Assembly: GCA_033442325.1 (NCBI GenBank)
Contig: JAWQFM010000028.1
Span: forward strand, 632,712 to 696,711
Direction of reading: 5' to 3'
Source of the DNA: Salpingoeca rosetta
Lineage: Eukaryota; Protista; Choanoflagellata
Length of the DNA stretch: 64,000 nt
The notes under the pieces were generated by a model. That model saw only the letters and a program-made list of their open reading frames with translations, searched no databases and was not told where the DNA came from. The translations under genes were made by a program, and so were the position numbers. Shown here piece by piece: positions 14,142-44,906 of the stretch (position 1 is its first letter; every line of letters begins with the position of its first letter).

Positions 14142-15673
14142 CTACACGGTTGATTCGTAACGCGAGTGTGGGACGCGTCGCGGTGAGCGGGCAACACCAT
14201 TACCACCGCCATGACCACGACCACGCACACGACCGCCAACACCGCCAACATCGCTGCGAGCAGAGGTGTAGAACCCACCACCACCACCAACACCACCAAC
14301 AGCGCTGCTTCCAGGACTGAACACACCGCCGCCGCCGCTGCTGCTGGCAACGCTGCCCATATCCGCCATGTCACCGACATCGGCGACGGTCGACGAGCCC
14401 GCATCGCTCCCCATCATCGCCATCATCGCCTCGGCCTCGCTCGCATCAATGCTTGGCAGCGGGGCCAGCAGCTTGTCCCGCGTCCCTCCGGCTGTTGTCG
14501 ACGACGAGGAGGAGGAGAAGGTTGCGACCCCCTCACTGTGGCCGTGGCCGGGCAGCGTGTGGTGGTTGAAGCTCACCGTGCTGCCACTGCTGCTGCCAGG
14601 CACGCTGCGTGTGCCCGTGTGCCCATTGCCACTGTTACCGCTGAAGCTGGTGCTATTCGCCTTTGCGCTGGCGTTGGTCGCTGTGAGCGCGGCCTCGGAC
14701 CGCCCACGCCGCGTGGACGTCATGAGCTCGCGGTGGGCGTTGAACGACGGCGCAGACGTGCGTGTGCGGCGGCGGAACGAGCGGAAGAGGGACGAGCCTT
14801 GCCGACGCACGGGGCTGCCGCTGCCGTTGGCGTTGGCGGTGCCGCTGCCATGGCCGCTCTCGTTGAGTGTGGGGTGCACGGGCTTGCGGTGGAGCTCAAA
14901 TCTGCCGTCGGGTGAGGAGATGGTGAGGAGGTGGCAGGAGTGGTGAGGGGGTGAGGGGGTGAGGTACAGCGGGGACCAAGTGGCAGAGCAGAGTGATGGT
15001 TGGACTGAAAGGGAGTGATTTGGCCAGGAGGCAAGTAAAATATGTGCGACGTGTGGTGGGCGGGCGTGAACCAACACAGACAGAAAACTAAACACACACA
15101 GACACACAGACACACACAGACACAGACATACAGGCAGGCACACAGACACAGACTCAGACTCACATACAGTCATACAGGCACATACAGACAGACAGACAGA
15201 CACACACACACTCACACACACACACACATGGACACGCACCTTCTGTTCTCCTCGCCGTACCAGTCTGCAAACAATACGGGGCACACATCCGGCTCAAGAG
15301 TCTGCGCACCATGGAAGTGAGCGTGCGAGCGAGTGAGCATTCGATGCACAAAGCATGTGACGCAGCGCAGCCGGCTAGAGCGGGTGACAATCGCAAAGCG
15401 GCGATGCAGCTGCGACTTCCACATGTTCACATGCTCGTTGGGCATACGTACAATGGTATGTTCTGTTCGACTGCCAAAGATTTTGGATAGGGATCCTTGC
15501 CGCTTGACCTTGCCAGTCTTCTCGTCAACGAGGATGGAGCGCAGCTCAAATTCAGACGGATCGCTCGGCTCACCATATCGCTCCAGCACCTGGGCAATGA
15601 CCTGCAACAGCAACCGGGAGTGTGAGTGAGTGAGTGAGTGAGTGAGTGAGTGAGTGAGTGAGTGAGTGAGTGT

Positions 15674-15731
<58 letters not shown>

Positions 15732-15822
15732 TGTGGGCGAGCGGAAGCAGAAAGGCAGAGCAAGTGCTTGGAGCAAGCATTTGCACGGTCCGATTCGACG
15801 GACGCTGTGAGCACCCACCCAC

Positions 15823-15903
<81 letters not shown>

Positions 15904-16110
15904 GACGACACCATCACATCAGTGATGGGTTGCACGAACCTCCGAGGCGGTTGTGTCTTCGCGGGCGAGGATGCTCTTGTACTCGGCGCCAGGGCTGAGC
16001 AGGGCGGAGCCGCCATACACGCGCAGCCCAACGGCCACCTCCGATCGTCCGCCAACCTTCATGCCGGGGCTCGACATGCTCTTCTGTGAGAACACAGGAA
16101 GGTCCGACAT
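14142..16110 (-). CDS. Ras-association (RA) domain protein with a Ser/Gly-rich disordered tail, multi-exon
   Basis: [30 protein letters not shown]|[19 protein letters not shown]...[19 protein letters not shown]|RFEL matches the RA ubiquitin-like fold pattern (YKSI..TTA.EV...L..Y; L...ECP; RF.L). Confidence 0.8.
15618..15903 (+). repeat. Compound (GAGT)n-(GT)n ... (CAAG)n intronic microsatellites
   Basis: Three adjacent simple repeats in the first intron of the RA gene. Confidence 0.9.
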
Positions 16111-16656
16111 CGTGCCGTCCGGGTGTGTTGGATGTCGGTGCGTGCGTGGGTGCGTGGGTGTTGTGTTGTGTGCGCGACCTGCTCCCTTGCTTGGAATCGC
16201 AGTCCTTGCCGTGCTTCCCTCTCTCTTCACCGACTTCTTCGTCTGTGCGCGCGAGGAATGAAACCTGCTAGTAGCGTGTCTGCTTGCTTGCTGCCTGCCT
16301 TCTCGCTGCTTGCACTCCCTCACCTGCCTGTCACGCCTTCGCACCTCACCCCCTCGCTTCAAATCACAGCGGTCTTCGTCTTTGGCGTCTTTGTTCGAGA
16401 GGGCCTTCAGAGTGCGCACTAAATGTATGTTTCGCACAAGAATTCAAAGCAAACAGCCGTCTATCCACCGCATTTGATGCCAAGGCGAGCGGAAAGCCGG
16501 ACGTTGCTGCTGCTGTTGTTGTTGGTTGCTGGTTGTGCAGTGTGGCTGGTGCTGACGACGACCTTGGAGGGCAGTGAGGAGGCACACAAAGCGAAGGCAA
16601 GGGCGCAGACACACGTACGCGTCCTCACAAGGGGGCAGGGAGAGAGGGGTTGCACG

Positions 16657-25224
<8,568 letters not shown>

Positions 25225-25608
25225 CGACACACACACACACATGCGCGTGTTTGTTTGTTGTGTGTGGTGTGTGGTTGTGTCGTGTGGGTGTGTTGTGTTA
25301 ACTGCAATTTCGCTCGGGGCTTTTTTGGGTGTACTGCTTCTAGTGTCACACTGATCACACCATGATTGAAACGAAACCCACAGCACAGCACAAGCAAGCA
25401 AACAAACAAGCGCGTGGGAAATTGGGAATGCGTTGCGTGCCCACTCTGCCGGGCGTTCTATGCAAGATGAGGTGCGACTTGGAGACACAAGCTGATGAGG
25501 AGGTGGACGAGTGGGACCACTCGCGCGTGCATTGGGCTGTACTTTGATCAAGACAAGCGTGAGAGGGTTGAGAGGCGATGCATCGCATGACATTCACATC
25601 ACATCTCA

Positions 25609-27770
25609 TCACTCCTGCGGTGGGGGAGCAGCGTCACCATCACCGCTGTCCTGTTGTTGTTGCTGTTGACTTCTCTCGTCACCAGCATCGTCACCAGCAT
25701 CACTGTCACCATTCTGCTGCTGCTGCTGTCGTTGCGGCATGAGCTGTTCGAGGTGGTCCGCCAATCGCTGCATGTTGCGTTCCCGTCGCGCCTCAAAGGC
25801 GTTGTGTTCGCGCTGCGTCGTCGGAAACGAATTCGGCAGTCGCATCAGCGGTTCGTTCAGCAGCTCGTCCTCAACCACCGTCACCTGACGGGGCGCATCA
25901 TTGCGTGCGCATTGGTGAGCGCGTGAGCGAGTGAGTGAGTGAATGAGTGAGTGAGTGAGTCTGCATGCGTGAATGAGAGTGCTTGCTTGGAGCCACAGAG
26001 CAAGTGATCTTCTTCGCATGTCATGCACTGCGCGCCACGCCAAAATTCAACGCAGCCAACCTTCGTGTCTTCTCCCAGCGTCACCACCTTGCCATATCGC
26101 TTTCTAGCCCCCCCCCCCCCACCCTTGAACTGGCATTTGTCGACGTCCACCTCTGGATATTCCTCACGCACACGATTCACACCCGTGTGCAACTTGTGGT
26201 CTTCGCTGTCTGCAAAGGAGAGGCGGAAGTTGTGGCAGCCAACCCACACCGCCGTCCTGTTGCGGTACGATGTGTGTGTGTGTGTGCGTGTGCGCATGTG
26301 GGTGAATGTGTGTATGTGTGTGTGCGAGCATGTGTGTGTATGTGTGTGTATGTTTGTGTATGTGTGTGTATGTGTGTATGTTTGTGTATGTGTGTGTATG
26401 TTTGTGTAAGCGTGCGAAGAAGCCACCCTTTGTGCGAGTTTCAACTCACCCAAAGTCGGCCTTCTTCTGGAACACAACGTCACAGTCCTCACACACGTCC
26501 ACTTGCAGCGTGCCGACCTGTGCACAAGGGCACGGTGGGTAAGTGCGAGTTGAGGTGCGAGTTGAGGTGAGAGCGACGTTGCTGCGTGTAAGCATACACA
26601 GACACAGACACAGCCACAGACACAGACACAGCCACAGACACAGACAGACAGACAGACAGACACACACACACACACACTCTCTCTCTCTCTCTTCGAAGGT
26701 GTCGTCGTGGCTGAATCGCAGGTGTTAGAGATGGCAGCAGTGAAGGAACCATACCGGCACATGGATGATGGCATCCAGGCCTTTGCTCTTGTTCGCTTCC
26801 ACCATGTGCGTGATGATCTGGCAGCGTGCACAACGGCAATGCAATATGATGTGTGGAGCCCGAAGGAACCAACGGGACAACGGCAGAAAGACGACCGTCA
26901 TATTCACAAAAAGCAGCCATGCAGTTACACAGACACAAAGTACAGCACAGCAGACGCACAGACAGATAGACAAACAGAAACTCGCACATAGTCATGTACA
27001 CACACACACACACACACACATATATCAACAAACATACCTTGCCCTTGAGGTTGAGCTTGAGATTGCTGCAACTCTGGATGGACACTTTGGCGCAGCGCGC
27101 TTCCACGTCAATGGTGCAGTCTTCACAGTCTGCAATGATGAGCGCACACCGAGGGGAGAAGGCACCCTCCTCCACGGTGCTTTACCCGCAGTATTGTTGG
27201 TTGTTGTTGTTGTTGTTGACTGTGGTGAGCGAAAGCTATCTTGACGAGTCGGCAAGCGAGAGCAAGACAACAGAGGCACCAGCACAAACGCACCATGTCA
27301 CCACCATCGTGAGCGCACTTACATGTGTTCGCTCTTCAAGCCTTCATAGGTGTGGGCTTCCTTCCCGCGTGCACCGGCAAGCAAGTGCTACAAGATGCGA
27401 ACAAAGACGCGAACAAGACTGTGATATTGGTGTGGTTGCTTGGTGTGGTCGGACGCATGCAGTTGGACACAAGCACACAGTGGAGATGGCCATCGTCGCC
27501 GCGAACGCGCGCGCACGGCACACAACACATAATGGCAGCTGGACGACGTCGACGACGACGACGACAGCAGCGTGTGCGCACCTTTGCAAACTGGAGCTGC
27601 TCCTCCATACGCTGGCGTTGCGCTGGGCGCGGGCCTTCTTCCGGTTGCTGCCATGGCACACACGCGTCGCAAGCGAGCACAGGTGAGATCACATCGATCA
27701 GTGCATTGATGGCGCTTAACAAGTTGGTGGAGGAGTGGGTGCAGGAGCGACTCACTTGTTGATCGCTCAT
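25609..27770 (-). CDS. Stand-alone C-CAP/cofactor-C-like beta-helix (CAP_C) protein, multi-exon
   Basis: Beta-helix rungs LIIADCEDCTIDVEARCAKVSIQSCSNLKLNL, VEANKSKGLDAII and VGTLQVDVCEDCDVVF, then QFK..VEDELLNE. Acidic/Gln tail to the stop at 25609. Confidence 0.72.
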
Positions 27771-28057
27771 CTTCGTTGCGGTGTGCCGTGAAGGGTGTCG
27801 TGGTTGGAATCGGTGTTGGTGCTTTGCGTTTGTGTGGTGCGTTGCTGCGATAACTGGCGTTGTCCTTCCTTCGCTTTTTTTTGTCTTCTTTTCATTGAGG
27901 CAGCGACAGCGACACACAAAAACACACAAGAGCAGGACAACAACGCCACACTCTGCGACAACGCTCGCTCGTATCAAACAATCATCACACCACATGCATG
28001 CATGCTTCAGCAGCAGTGGCAGTAGACACGCGTGCACATGTGTCTGGGGAGATGCAT

Positions 28058-29967
28058 TCACTCCTCTGCAATGTTGCCATATGGGCTGACGGGGCCACGG
28101 CGCACGGGTTGTCTGAAGTTTGTGTGGTATTGTTGTTGGCGTCGGAGAGATGACAAATTGATGTGAGTTAGTGATGGTGAGTGATGTGTGAAGCATTCGT
28201 TACGGCCCGTGCGTGTGTGCTTGAATGGCATGGGGGTGCGTTGGGCGCCTGAGGCAACCACATTCAATACAGCAGCGACAGCGGAAACGCGAACACAGTG
28301 ATAATAATTTACATCAATTTGCGCCCAACTCACGTTTTGTGGATGCGGGTGATGTTGCGAATGCGCTTGCGCATGGTGATGCCGACATTGCCGGCCACGT
28401 TGTACACCATTGGGGCAACCTGCATCGTACACGCGTCACAGCGAGGCAGAGGAGACACGGAGCGGAGCACGGGGTGAGGCGATGGGGAGGGGAATGGTGA
28501 GGGTAGGTGGAAGGACGAATGATGGGATAACGGATGGATCCGCACTGCGTCGCCCAAAACAAGTGCAAACATTGACCCATTGACACGGGCACACCCACCC
28601 GCACACACAGCCACACAGCCACAAAGCACGGTGGGTGTAAGGTGTATTTTTACCATTGCGGTGCAGGACACGACGTCACCGCGGCGAATGAAGGCCTTAT
28701 CTGGATCAACCTCAGCGCCCGTTCTGTGCACCACACACACACATATGACGCCAGTCGGGGGAAGAGTTGGGTTAAGGATGGAAAAGTGATTCAAATGATT
28801 CAACAGGCAAGAGCACGACAAAAACCAAAACCGACACTGCACACACACAGACACAGACACAGACACAGACAAACAGACACAGACACACACACAGGCACAC
28901 ACACACAGAACTTTCGCCCTTCCTCTCGCTCTGTCTCCATCCAATAGCAGGCGTTTGAGAATGCCTGCAGGCACGCACTCGTCAAAGAGGCGGACGTGGA
29001 GGCGGGTGTGCGTCTCCTGCACCTCCTTGTCGGCCTCGGTGTACACACGAACGGGGGTGCTGTTGTAGCAGCGAGGCATGGTGTGGTGAGTGTTGTGGCA
29101 TCATTGTAAAGGCAATGGGGCAGACTGCTGTGTGAGGAAAAGCACAAGAAGGATGACAACACACACACACATGCAACAAGGAGTGTACGAAGGGGATGCA
29201 GCAGCATTGAGTCAACAACAAGAACAAGAACAAGAACAAGAACAAGAAGAAGAACAACTTAAACAACAACTTAAACAACTTAAACAAAAACAACAACAAC
29301 AACAACTTAACCAACAACAACAGTGACGCACTCCTTTCTGCGCTTCATGTAGACTGGCTGCTTGAAGGCAAGGTATTCAACCTGCTGGCCCTCCGGGCCC
29401 TGGCGGTCGCGGCCGCCGGCAGCGAACACACGTGGACGGGTGGTGGTGGTGGTGGTGGTGGTAGTGGCGGTGGATGATTGTGTCGCATCAGTACTTGTTG
29501 GAGAGGGTAGGCAGGGGATGGGGATGATTGAGGAGGGGGGGGGGGGAGGGGAGGCAGGCAACGGGTACGGTGTGATCACGCACACATACTGACGCGCACA
29601 CACACATACAGACGAGGGCACACACGTAAATGGGGAATGAAGGCAGCATGCGCCTGCTCGCGGGCACAGAAACATCAAAGCACGATGGTATGTACGTGTG
29701 TGTGCATGTGCGTGTGCATCGAACGCACCTCCCACGTGCGTGAGATGGCCGATGCGGTGTTGAGGATGCCGTCCTTGAGCATGCTCGGGTCGTCGCTGCG
29801 CTGAAGAAACGAAAACTTCTGCTCCAGTGGCGGGTACGACTGCAAGGTCGAGGGGGCGGTGGGTATGGATGAGCCAGAGGGCAGGTGAGGTGAAGAGTGT
29901 CGATAAAGAGCGTGTATCGAAGATGTGGGAGCATCGGGGCAGACACACACCGACACACACACACACC

Positions 29968-30015
<48 letters not shown>

Positions 30016-32018
30016 GACACAGATGCATGCACATGGGCAGACAGACATCAAGGGCGTGTGCAAATGACGTACGCTGAGGTTGGCTGCAACATGGTCGATA
30101 AGCTGATGATAGCGACAAGGGCGGTGGTGGTGATGATGATTGTGAGTGGTGGTGGCGGCGGTGGTGGTGAGGAAGAGGAGGAGTGTGAGCAGCTGCATCT
30201 CATGGGGAGAAGGTGTTGAAATGCAACAGGGGGCATGTTCACACTCTTGTATGCGAACAGCAACAGGAACAAACGAAACAAGAACAAGCATAAATGAAAC
30301 AAGAACAAGAACAAGAACGAGAACAACAAGAACAATAACGCCACCACCAGCATCATAATCATCATCATCATCATCATCACCACCACCACCACCACCATCA
30401 TAATCATCATCATCATCATCATCAGCAGCAGCACCTTTGACTGGATGGCCGTGAGCCACTGCAGGTAGTCGGTCATGAGGGCGTTGGTCTTCTCAAAGTC
30501 GGCCGGGTCAATGTCGCTCAGAGACAGCTGGTGTGGACACGACGATCGGCCAGGGGTTTCGGTACGAGGGGCGGGAGGGGCGGGGAGGTAAGCGGGGGTG
30601 GGAAGACACACGAACGCAATTGTGCAAACATACCGAGGAGCTACACAGATGGACAGACAGACAGACACGCGCGCGAATCCCCCAGCCCACATCGTGTCTC
30701 TTGCCACGCACGCACGCACGCACGCACGCACCACCACCACCACCACCACCACCCTTACGACGACCATGGCGCCAACATTCGTACCTCCTGCTGGGCGTCC
30801 TCGAGCTTGTCGACCTTGACGGTGCCGGACGCAAAGTGTCGCTCAACGCCGAAGTTACCGCGCGGCCCAAAGTGGGACATGCCCGTCAGCGCAAAGGGCG
30901 TCAGGTGCAGGATGGACTGCACAGGGCTGCAGGCAGAGTGGCGGGGAGGTTGGGAGATGGGGTGTGTGCATGTGTGCGTGCGTGTGTGCGTGTGTGCGAG
31001 CGAGTGATAGAGAGAGAGTGTGTGTGAATGTGTGTGCGTGCATGAGCAGAGAGGTGATGAAGCAATGCGCATGCAAATACACACCCACACCCACACCCAC
31101 AAGCACGCACACACCCACACACATACTATCATGGTCTCACGTACTCTTTGCCATCAATCTGGACAAGGGCGCGGCCGTTCACACACACAAACTCCATCTG
31201 CAAAACGTGAGGGGAACGCACATGCTGGTCAGTCTGACGTGCAAGGCAGTACTGCACCACGACAAAATACTTGTTCGAATCCAAACACCCACCCACACCC
31301 ACACCCACACCTACACGCACACACTTGTTCGAATCCAAACATACACACACACACACATGCACGTACCGAGTCGACTGGGATGTTCTTGAAGCTGTTTGGG
31401 TTCTCCAGGAACACCTCCGTGGCTGATGACGGTGTAGTGATGGCATACAGGGCGACCGATATGCAGCACGTGAGGAAAACGAGCACCGCAAAGTGTCCAA
31501 TCAAGTGATGTGCAAACAACAACAACAACACCACCACCACCATCACCACCAGCAACAACAACAGCAAAGACAGCCACGGCAAAGACAACAAGCACAATGT
31601 GCTGTTTGTGTGCATGGGGTGTGCGTGTGTGTATGTGTGCTGAGTGTGCGACAGGTGTGAATCTCACTCACCCTTATGGAGGAGGTCTGGGTCCATGCCA
31701 GTGTTGGTGGAGCCTGTTTCACAAGGAGACAAGGGTGTAAGAATAGCAGCGGCAGGAAGGAAGCCGCGCACTGCATGGCGAGGGCATCCGTTGCAGACAG
31801 ACAGAGTGGCAGAGAGAGAGAGGCAGAGAGACAGACAGACAGAAAGACAGAGAGACAGACACACATACACGCACACATACACACATATGCACACACATGT
31901 ACACACCAGTGGACAGAGCACGGACGGCATTGGCTGCAGCGAAGCGGACGCCGGTGGCGGCGCGGAGGGCACGGGTGCCTGTACGAAGCAAGTGCATCGC
32001 ACGAGCATACAGGATCAT
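28058..32018 (-). CDS. Mitochondrion-targeted hypothetical protein, possible T7 gp2.5/NCLDV-type OB-fold ssDNA-binding protein, ~13 exons
   Basis: Presequence MHLLRTGTRALRAATGVRFAAANAVRALST. The spliced core reads SILHLTPFALTGMSHFG...YLAFKQPVY...LHVRLFDE|TGAEVDPDKAFIRRGDVVSCTAM|VAPMVYNVAGNVGITMR...|QPVRRGPVSPYGNIAEE*. The gene is well supported; the function is speculative. Confidence 0.6.
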
Positions 32019-32722
32019 GTCAGCCAGTGGTCATGGCAGGTGACAATACTTGCTTTGGATAACAACGGCGCAGGTTGTTCTTGGCATGCATGCAGCCGCA
32101 AGCCTCACACACGAAACATCCTCACTCACAAGCGAGCATGGTTGGCAGACGGAGCAAAGTTGACTTGGGGGTTGTCTAAGAACAACTACAAGAGCAGCAA
32201 GGGCAGCAAGGGAAGCAAGAGCAGCAAGAGCAGCAAGGGAAGCAAGGGCAGGAGACAGTGGATGGCAAGTGGACATCAAACAACAGACGAACAAGCTGGA
32301 TGGATGAGCACGGGAAATGAAACACTCTTGTCGTGAACAAAAGGGCACAAGCAGAACAAGCGGGTTTGCATCACACATTTGCTGCATGTTGCTGATTGTG
32401 CAAATGTGTGTGTGTGTATGTGTGTTGTGTGCTGTGCATGTGCGTGCGTGTGCGTGCGCTGTGTGTTGATCTGTCGCGCGGCACACCTCACTCTCCGTGC
32501 ACTTCAACACACACACTCACAGACGCACAGGTTCAGGTGTGACAACACTCACTCACGCTCTTTGCGCTGTATTGTGTGCGACACGACAGACGAAAATGTC
32601 GTAGCGCACAACCGCCTGAAATAATCGCACAAGAAGAAGGACAACGCACCAGTCACAACAGCACGCACACCACCCACCCCCCCCCCCCCGCACCTCTTCC
32701 TCGCACACGTCCCCCCAGCTGG

Positions 32723-42233
<9,511 letters not shown>

Positions 42234-42490
42234 GACACCATACACACATGCACACACACACACACACATACACACACACTATGTGCATTGTCACATCAAA
42301 CTGCCATGAATCGTGCTAAGGGCCTCTTTTTTTTTCTGTGTAATGAACGCGTAAAAGACGAGCCACAATTCCTCAATCAATCCAATCCATTATACAAGAC
42401 CCCCAGCACAAGATTGTACGCTCAACAGACAGGATACACAGACAGACACAGACAGACACACAGACACACACAGAGCTGCTACAGCGTGCG

Positions 42491-43592
42491 TTAGCGCGGT
42501 TTGAAGCCGTACTTCTTCCGTTCGTAGAACAGATCGGTCTTTGACGCGCCAATATTCACAATCTTCGGACACCCGTCTCTCTGCACGGTCAAGAGGGGGC
42601 GACACAAGGTGGATGAGTACGTGACATGGAATCGGTGAGGAGGGGATGGGCAAAGGAGCACGCTTTGCACACGTGTCACGCAAGGAAAGCATTACAACCC
42701 AAAGCAAGACATTCGAGTTGGGCACACACGTCTTTCTCCTCGATTGTGCATTCTTTGCAGTAGTACGCATCGGAGACGCCGGGGCCACCGCAGATCACAC
42801 AGCGACCTGTGGCAATCAGGGAACGTGAGCGCACATGAGCTGACAACGTTGCAAGCACAAGAGGCGCACAAGAAAGCCCACGGGCATGGTCATGAACAGA
42901 CCCCACCACACACACACGCACACACACAAACACACACACACATACATACACACACACACGCACGCACACACACACGCACACACACACACACACACGCACG
43001 CACACACACACGCACACACACAAACACACACACACACACACCTTGGTATGTGCCGTAGTTGCACTCGTCACAGATGCGAACGAGGGTGCAGGGACGGACA
43101 TAGGAATCGCAGATGACGCACTTGCCATCGCCTGTGATGAGAGCAAACAAGTGAAGGATGAGGTGAGTGCGTGAGCAGGATTGGCGGTTGATGGCATCGA
43201 TACCATTGGTGAGTGCACAGAACACAAGCGAGCACACATACACATGTCCACACACATACGCACTCACGTATGCTTCGACTCACATTTCTCGCAGAGGCGG
43301 CCAATGGCTGTGGTGATGTGTTGGGGAGAGGGCAGGACACAACAAACACAGCGCAGCAACCACAACCACAAGTGAGCGAGTGATGTGTGTGTGTGGTGCG
43401 TGTGTCGCTGTTCAGGCACGCACACCAAAGTTGACATTCCAACTCCAAACCCCAAACCCAAAACAAAATGCCGTAGCAACAAGAAACATCTCCATCCACG
43501 CACAGCACGCCATCCCCTGCTCTTTTGCTAAGGTGCTTACCGACGCCTGGCTGCTTCCTGCACATGATGAGGTCGGGGTGGTGCTTGGCCAT
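42491..43592 (-). CDS. PHF5A: PHF5A/Rds3 (SF3b14b), U2 snRNP PHD-finger-like protein, 5 exons
   Basis: [17 protein letters not shown]|AIGRLCEKC|[29 protein letters not shown]|[26 protein letters not shown]|[29 protein letters not shown] is near-identical to the conserved PHF5A sequence. Confidence 0.98.
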
Positions 43593-43675
43593 CTTGGCTG
43601 CTCTGTCTTGGTGTTTGTTGTGGCGTGGAAGAAGAAAGCAAAGAGCAGTGTGAATGTGTGAACGTTTGGCGTGAA

Positions 43676-43718
43676 CGACTGAATTCAGTTTATAACGGCT
43701 TGTGTCTGAATTCAGTCG
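43676..43718. promoter_or_regulatory. 13-bp perfect inverted repeat in the PHF5A/PFDN1 divergent promoter
   Basis: CGACTGAATTCAG (43676-43688) and CTGAATTCAGTCG (43706-43718), with a spacer containing TTATAA. Confidence 0.5.
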
Positions 43719-43806
43719 CACACGATTCCCACTCTCTTGCCCCACAACACCAAACGACACAACGACCACATCAGCTAACACACCAACCACACGCACCGAC
43801 CACAAG

Positions 43807-43825
43807 ATGGACCCCGAAGTTCGCA

Positions 43826-43871
<46 letters not shown>

Positions 43872-44252
43872 GTGCGTGTGTGTGTGTGTTGTGTGTGCGT
43901 GTGTGTGTGTTGTGTGTGTGTGTGAACGATCTTTGGTTCCTCCCGTTTCACTCGCTGCTCTCACGCTTGCTCTCACGCTTGTTCTCACCTCGCGCCATCA
44001 ACATGAACATGCTGTGACCTTGCCCGCCCCATCTCCTCTTTCTATCCTCCTCCTTCTTCTCCACGAAGGCACTCGAGGAGCTCAGCGAGGTGCAGCAGAC
44101 AACGCAGTCGCGCATGTACTTGCTGGAGCAACAAAAGGCACAGAAACAGCACGCTCTGCGGCGGTCCGTGCTCACAGCCCGCGAGGTGGAGCCCCTCAAC
44201 GACACCGTCCCCTTGTACAAGTCCGTCGGCAAGATGTGCGTATTCCACCACC

Positions 44253-44312
<60 letters not shown>

Positions 44313-44906
44313 CACACACAACAAGAGAGAGGCTGCTACTCATTGGTGGCTGGACGAATGGGGAGGGAGCCGGAGAGATCCACGAGGACGCTGAAGGCTG
44401 GTACATTTGTGGGGTGTATGTGTAGGCGATTGTGTTCAACTGACCCGTGCTTTGTGGAATGTGCCATCAGGTTTGTCATCTCCGACAAGGATACCATCAT
44501 GAACGAGCTTGAGGAGATTGCCAAGGACGCTGACTCGTCCGTCAAGAAGCTCACGGTGTGTGCGTGTGTGAGTGTGCGTATGTGTGTGTGCATGCATGTG
44601 TGAGTGTGTGCATGTGTGTGTGAGTGTGTGAAGGTGTGAGTGAGAGTGTGTGAGTGAGTGAGTTAGTATGTGAGTGTGTGTGTGAGTGGGTGAGTGAGCG
44701 AGTGAGGTTGTGAGTGGCACGAATAGCTCCAAATGACGTCAGCATACACATGTGTACACGTGATGACATACGCTGACGTGATCTATCCATGGCTACACCG
44801 GCCACCATCAACTGTGTAGGAGGCGCAAAAGAAGATGGAACAATCACTGAAGGAGCAGCAGGAGAGCGTGCGTGATCTCGTGCGCCGTAAGGGCGGCAGT
44901 GCATAA
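43807..44906 (+). CDS. PFDN1: Prefoldin subunit 1 (beta-type), 4 exons
   Basis: MDPEVRK|ALEELSEVQQTTQ..RRSVLTAREVEPLNDTVPLYKSVGKM|FVISDK..|EAQKKMEQSLKEQQESVRDLVRRK. Contains the YxSVGxMF prefoldin-beta signature and PFDN1-like termini. Confidence 0.88.

Noticed and set aside
26040-26125. Possible non-canonical donor (AAG|GG) in the CAP_C gene next to a homopolymer run
   Set aside because: A homopolymer sequencing error or a downstream in-frame GT donor explains it equally well; it cannot be resolved without cDNA.
31269-31342. Direct repeat ACTTGTTCGAATCCAAACA (two copies), resembling a tRNA T-loop/B-box
   Set aside because: No cloverleaf or A-box; a local duplication within an intron.
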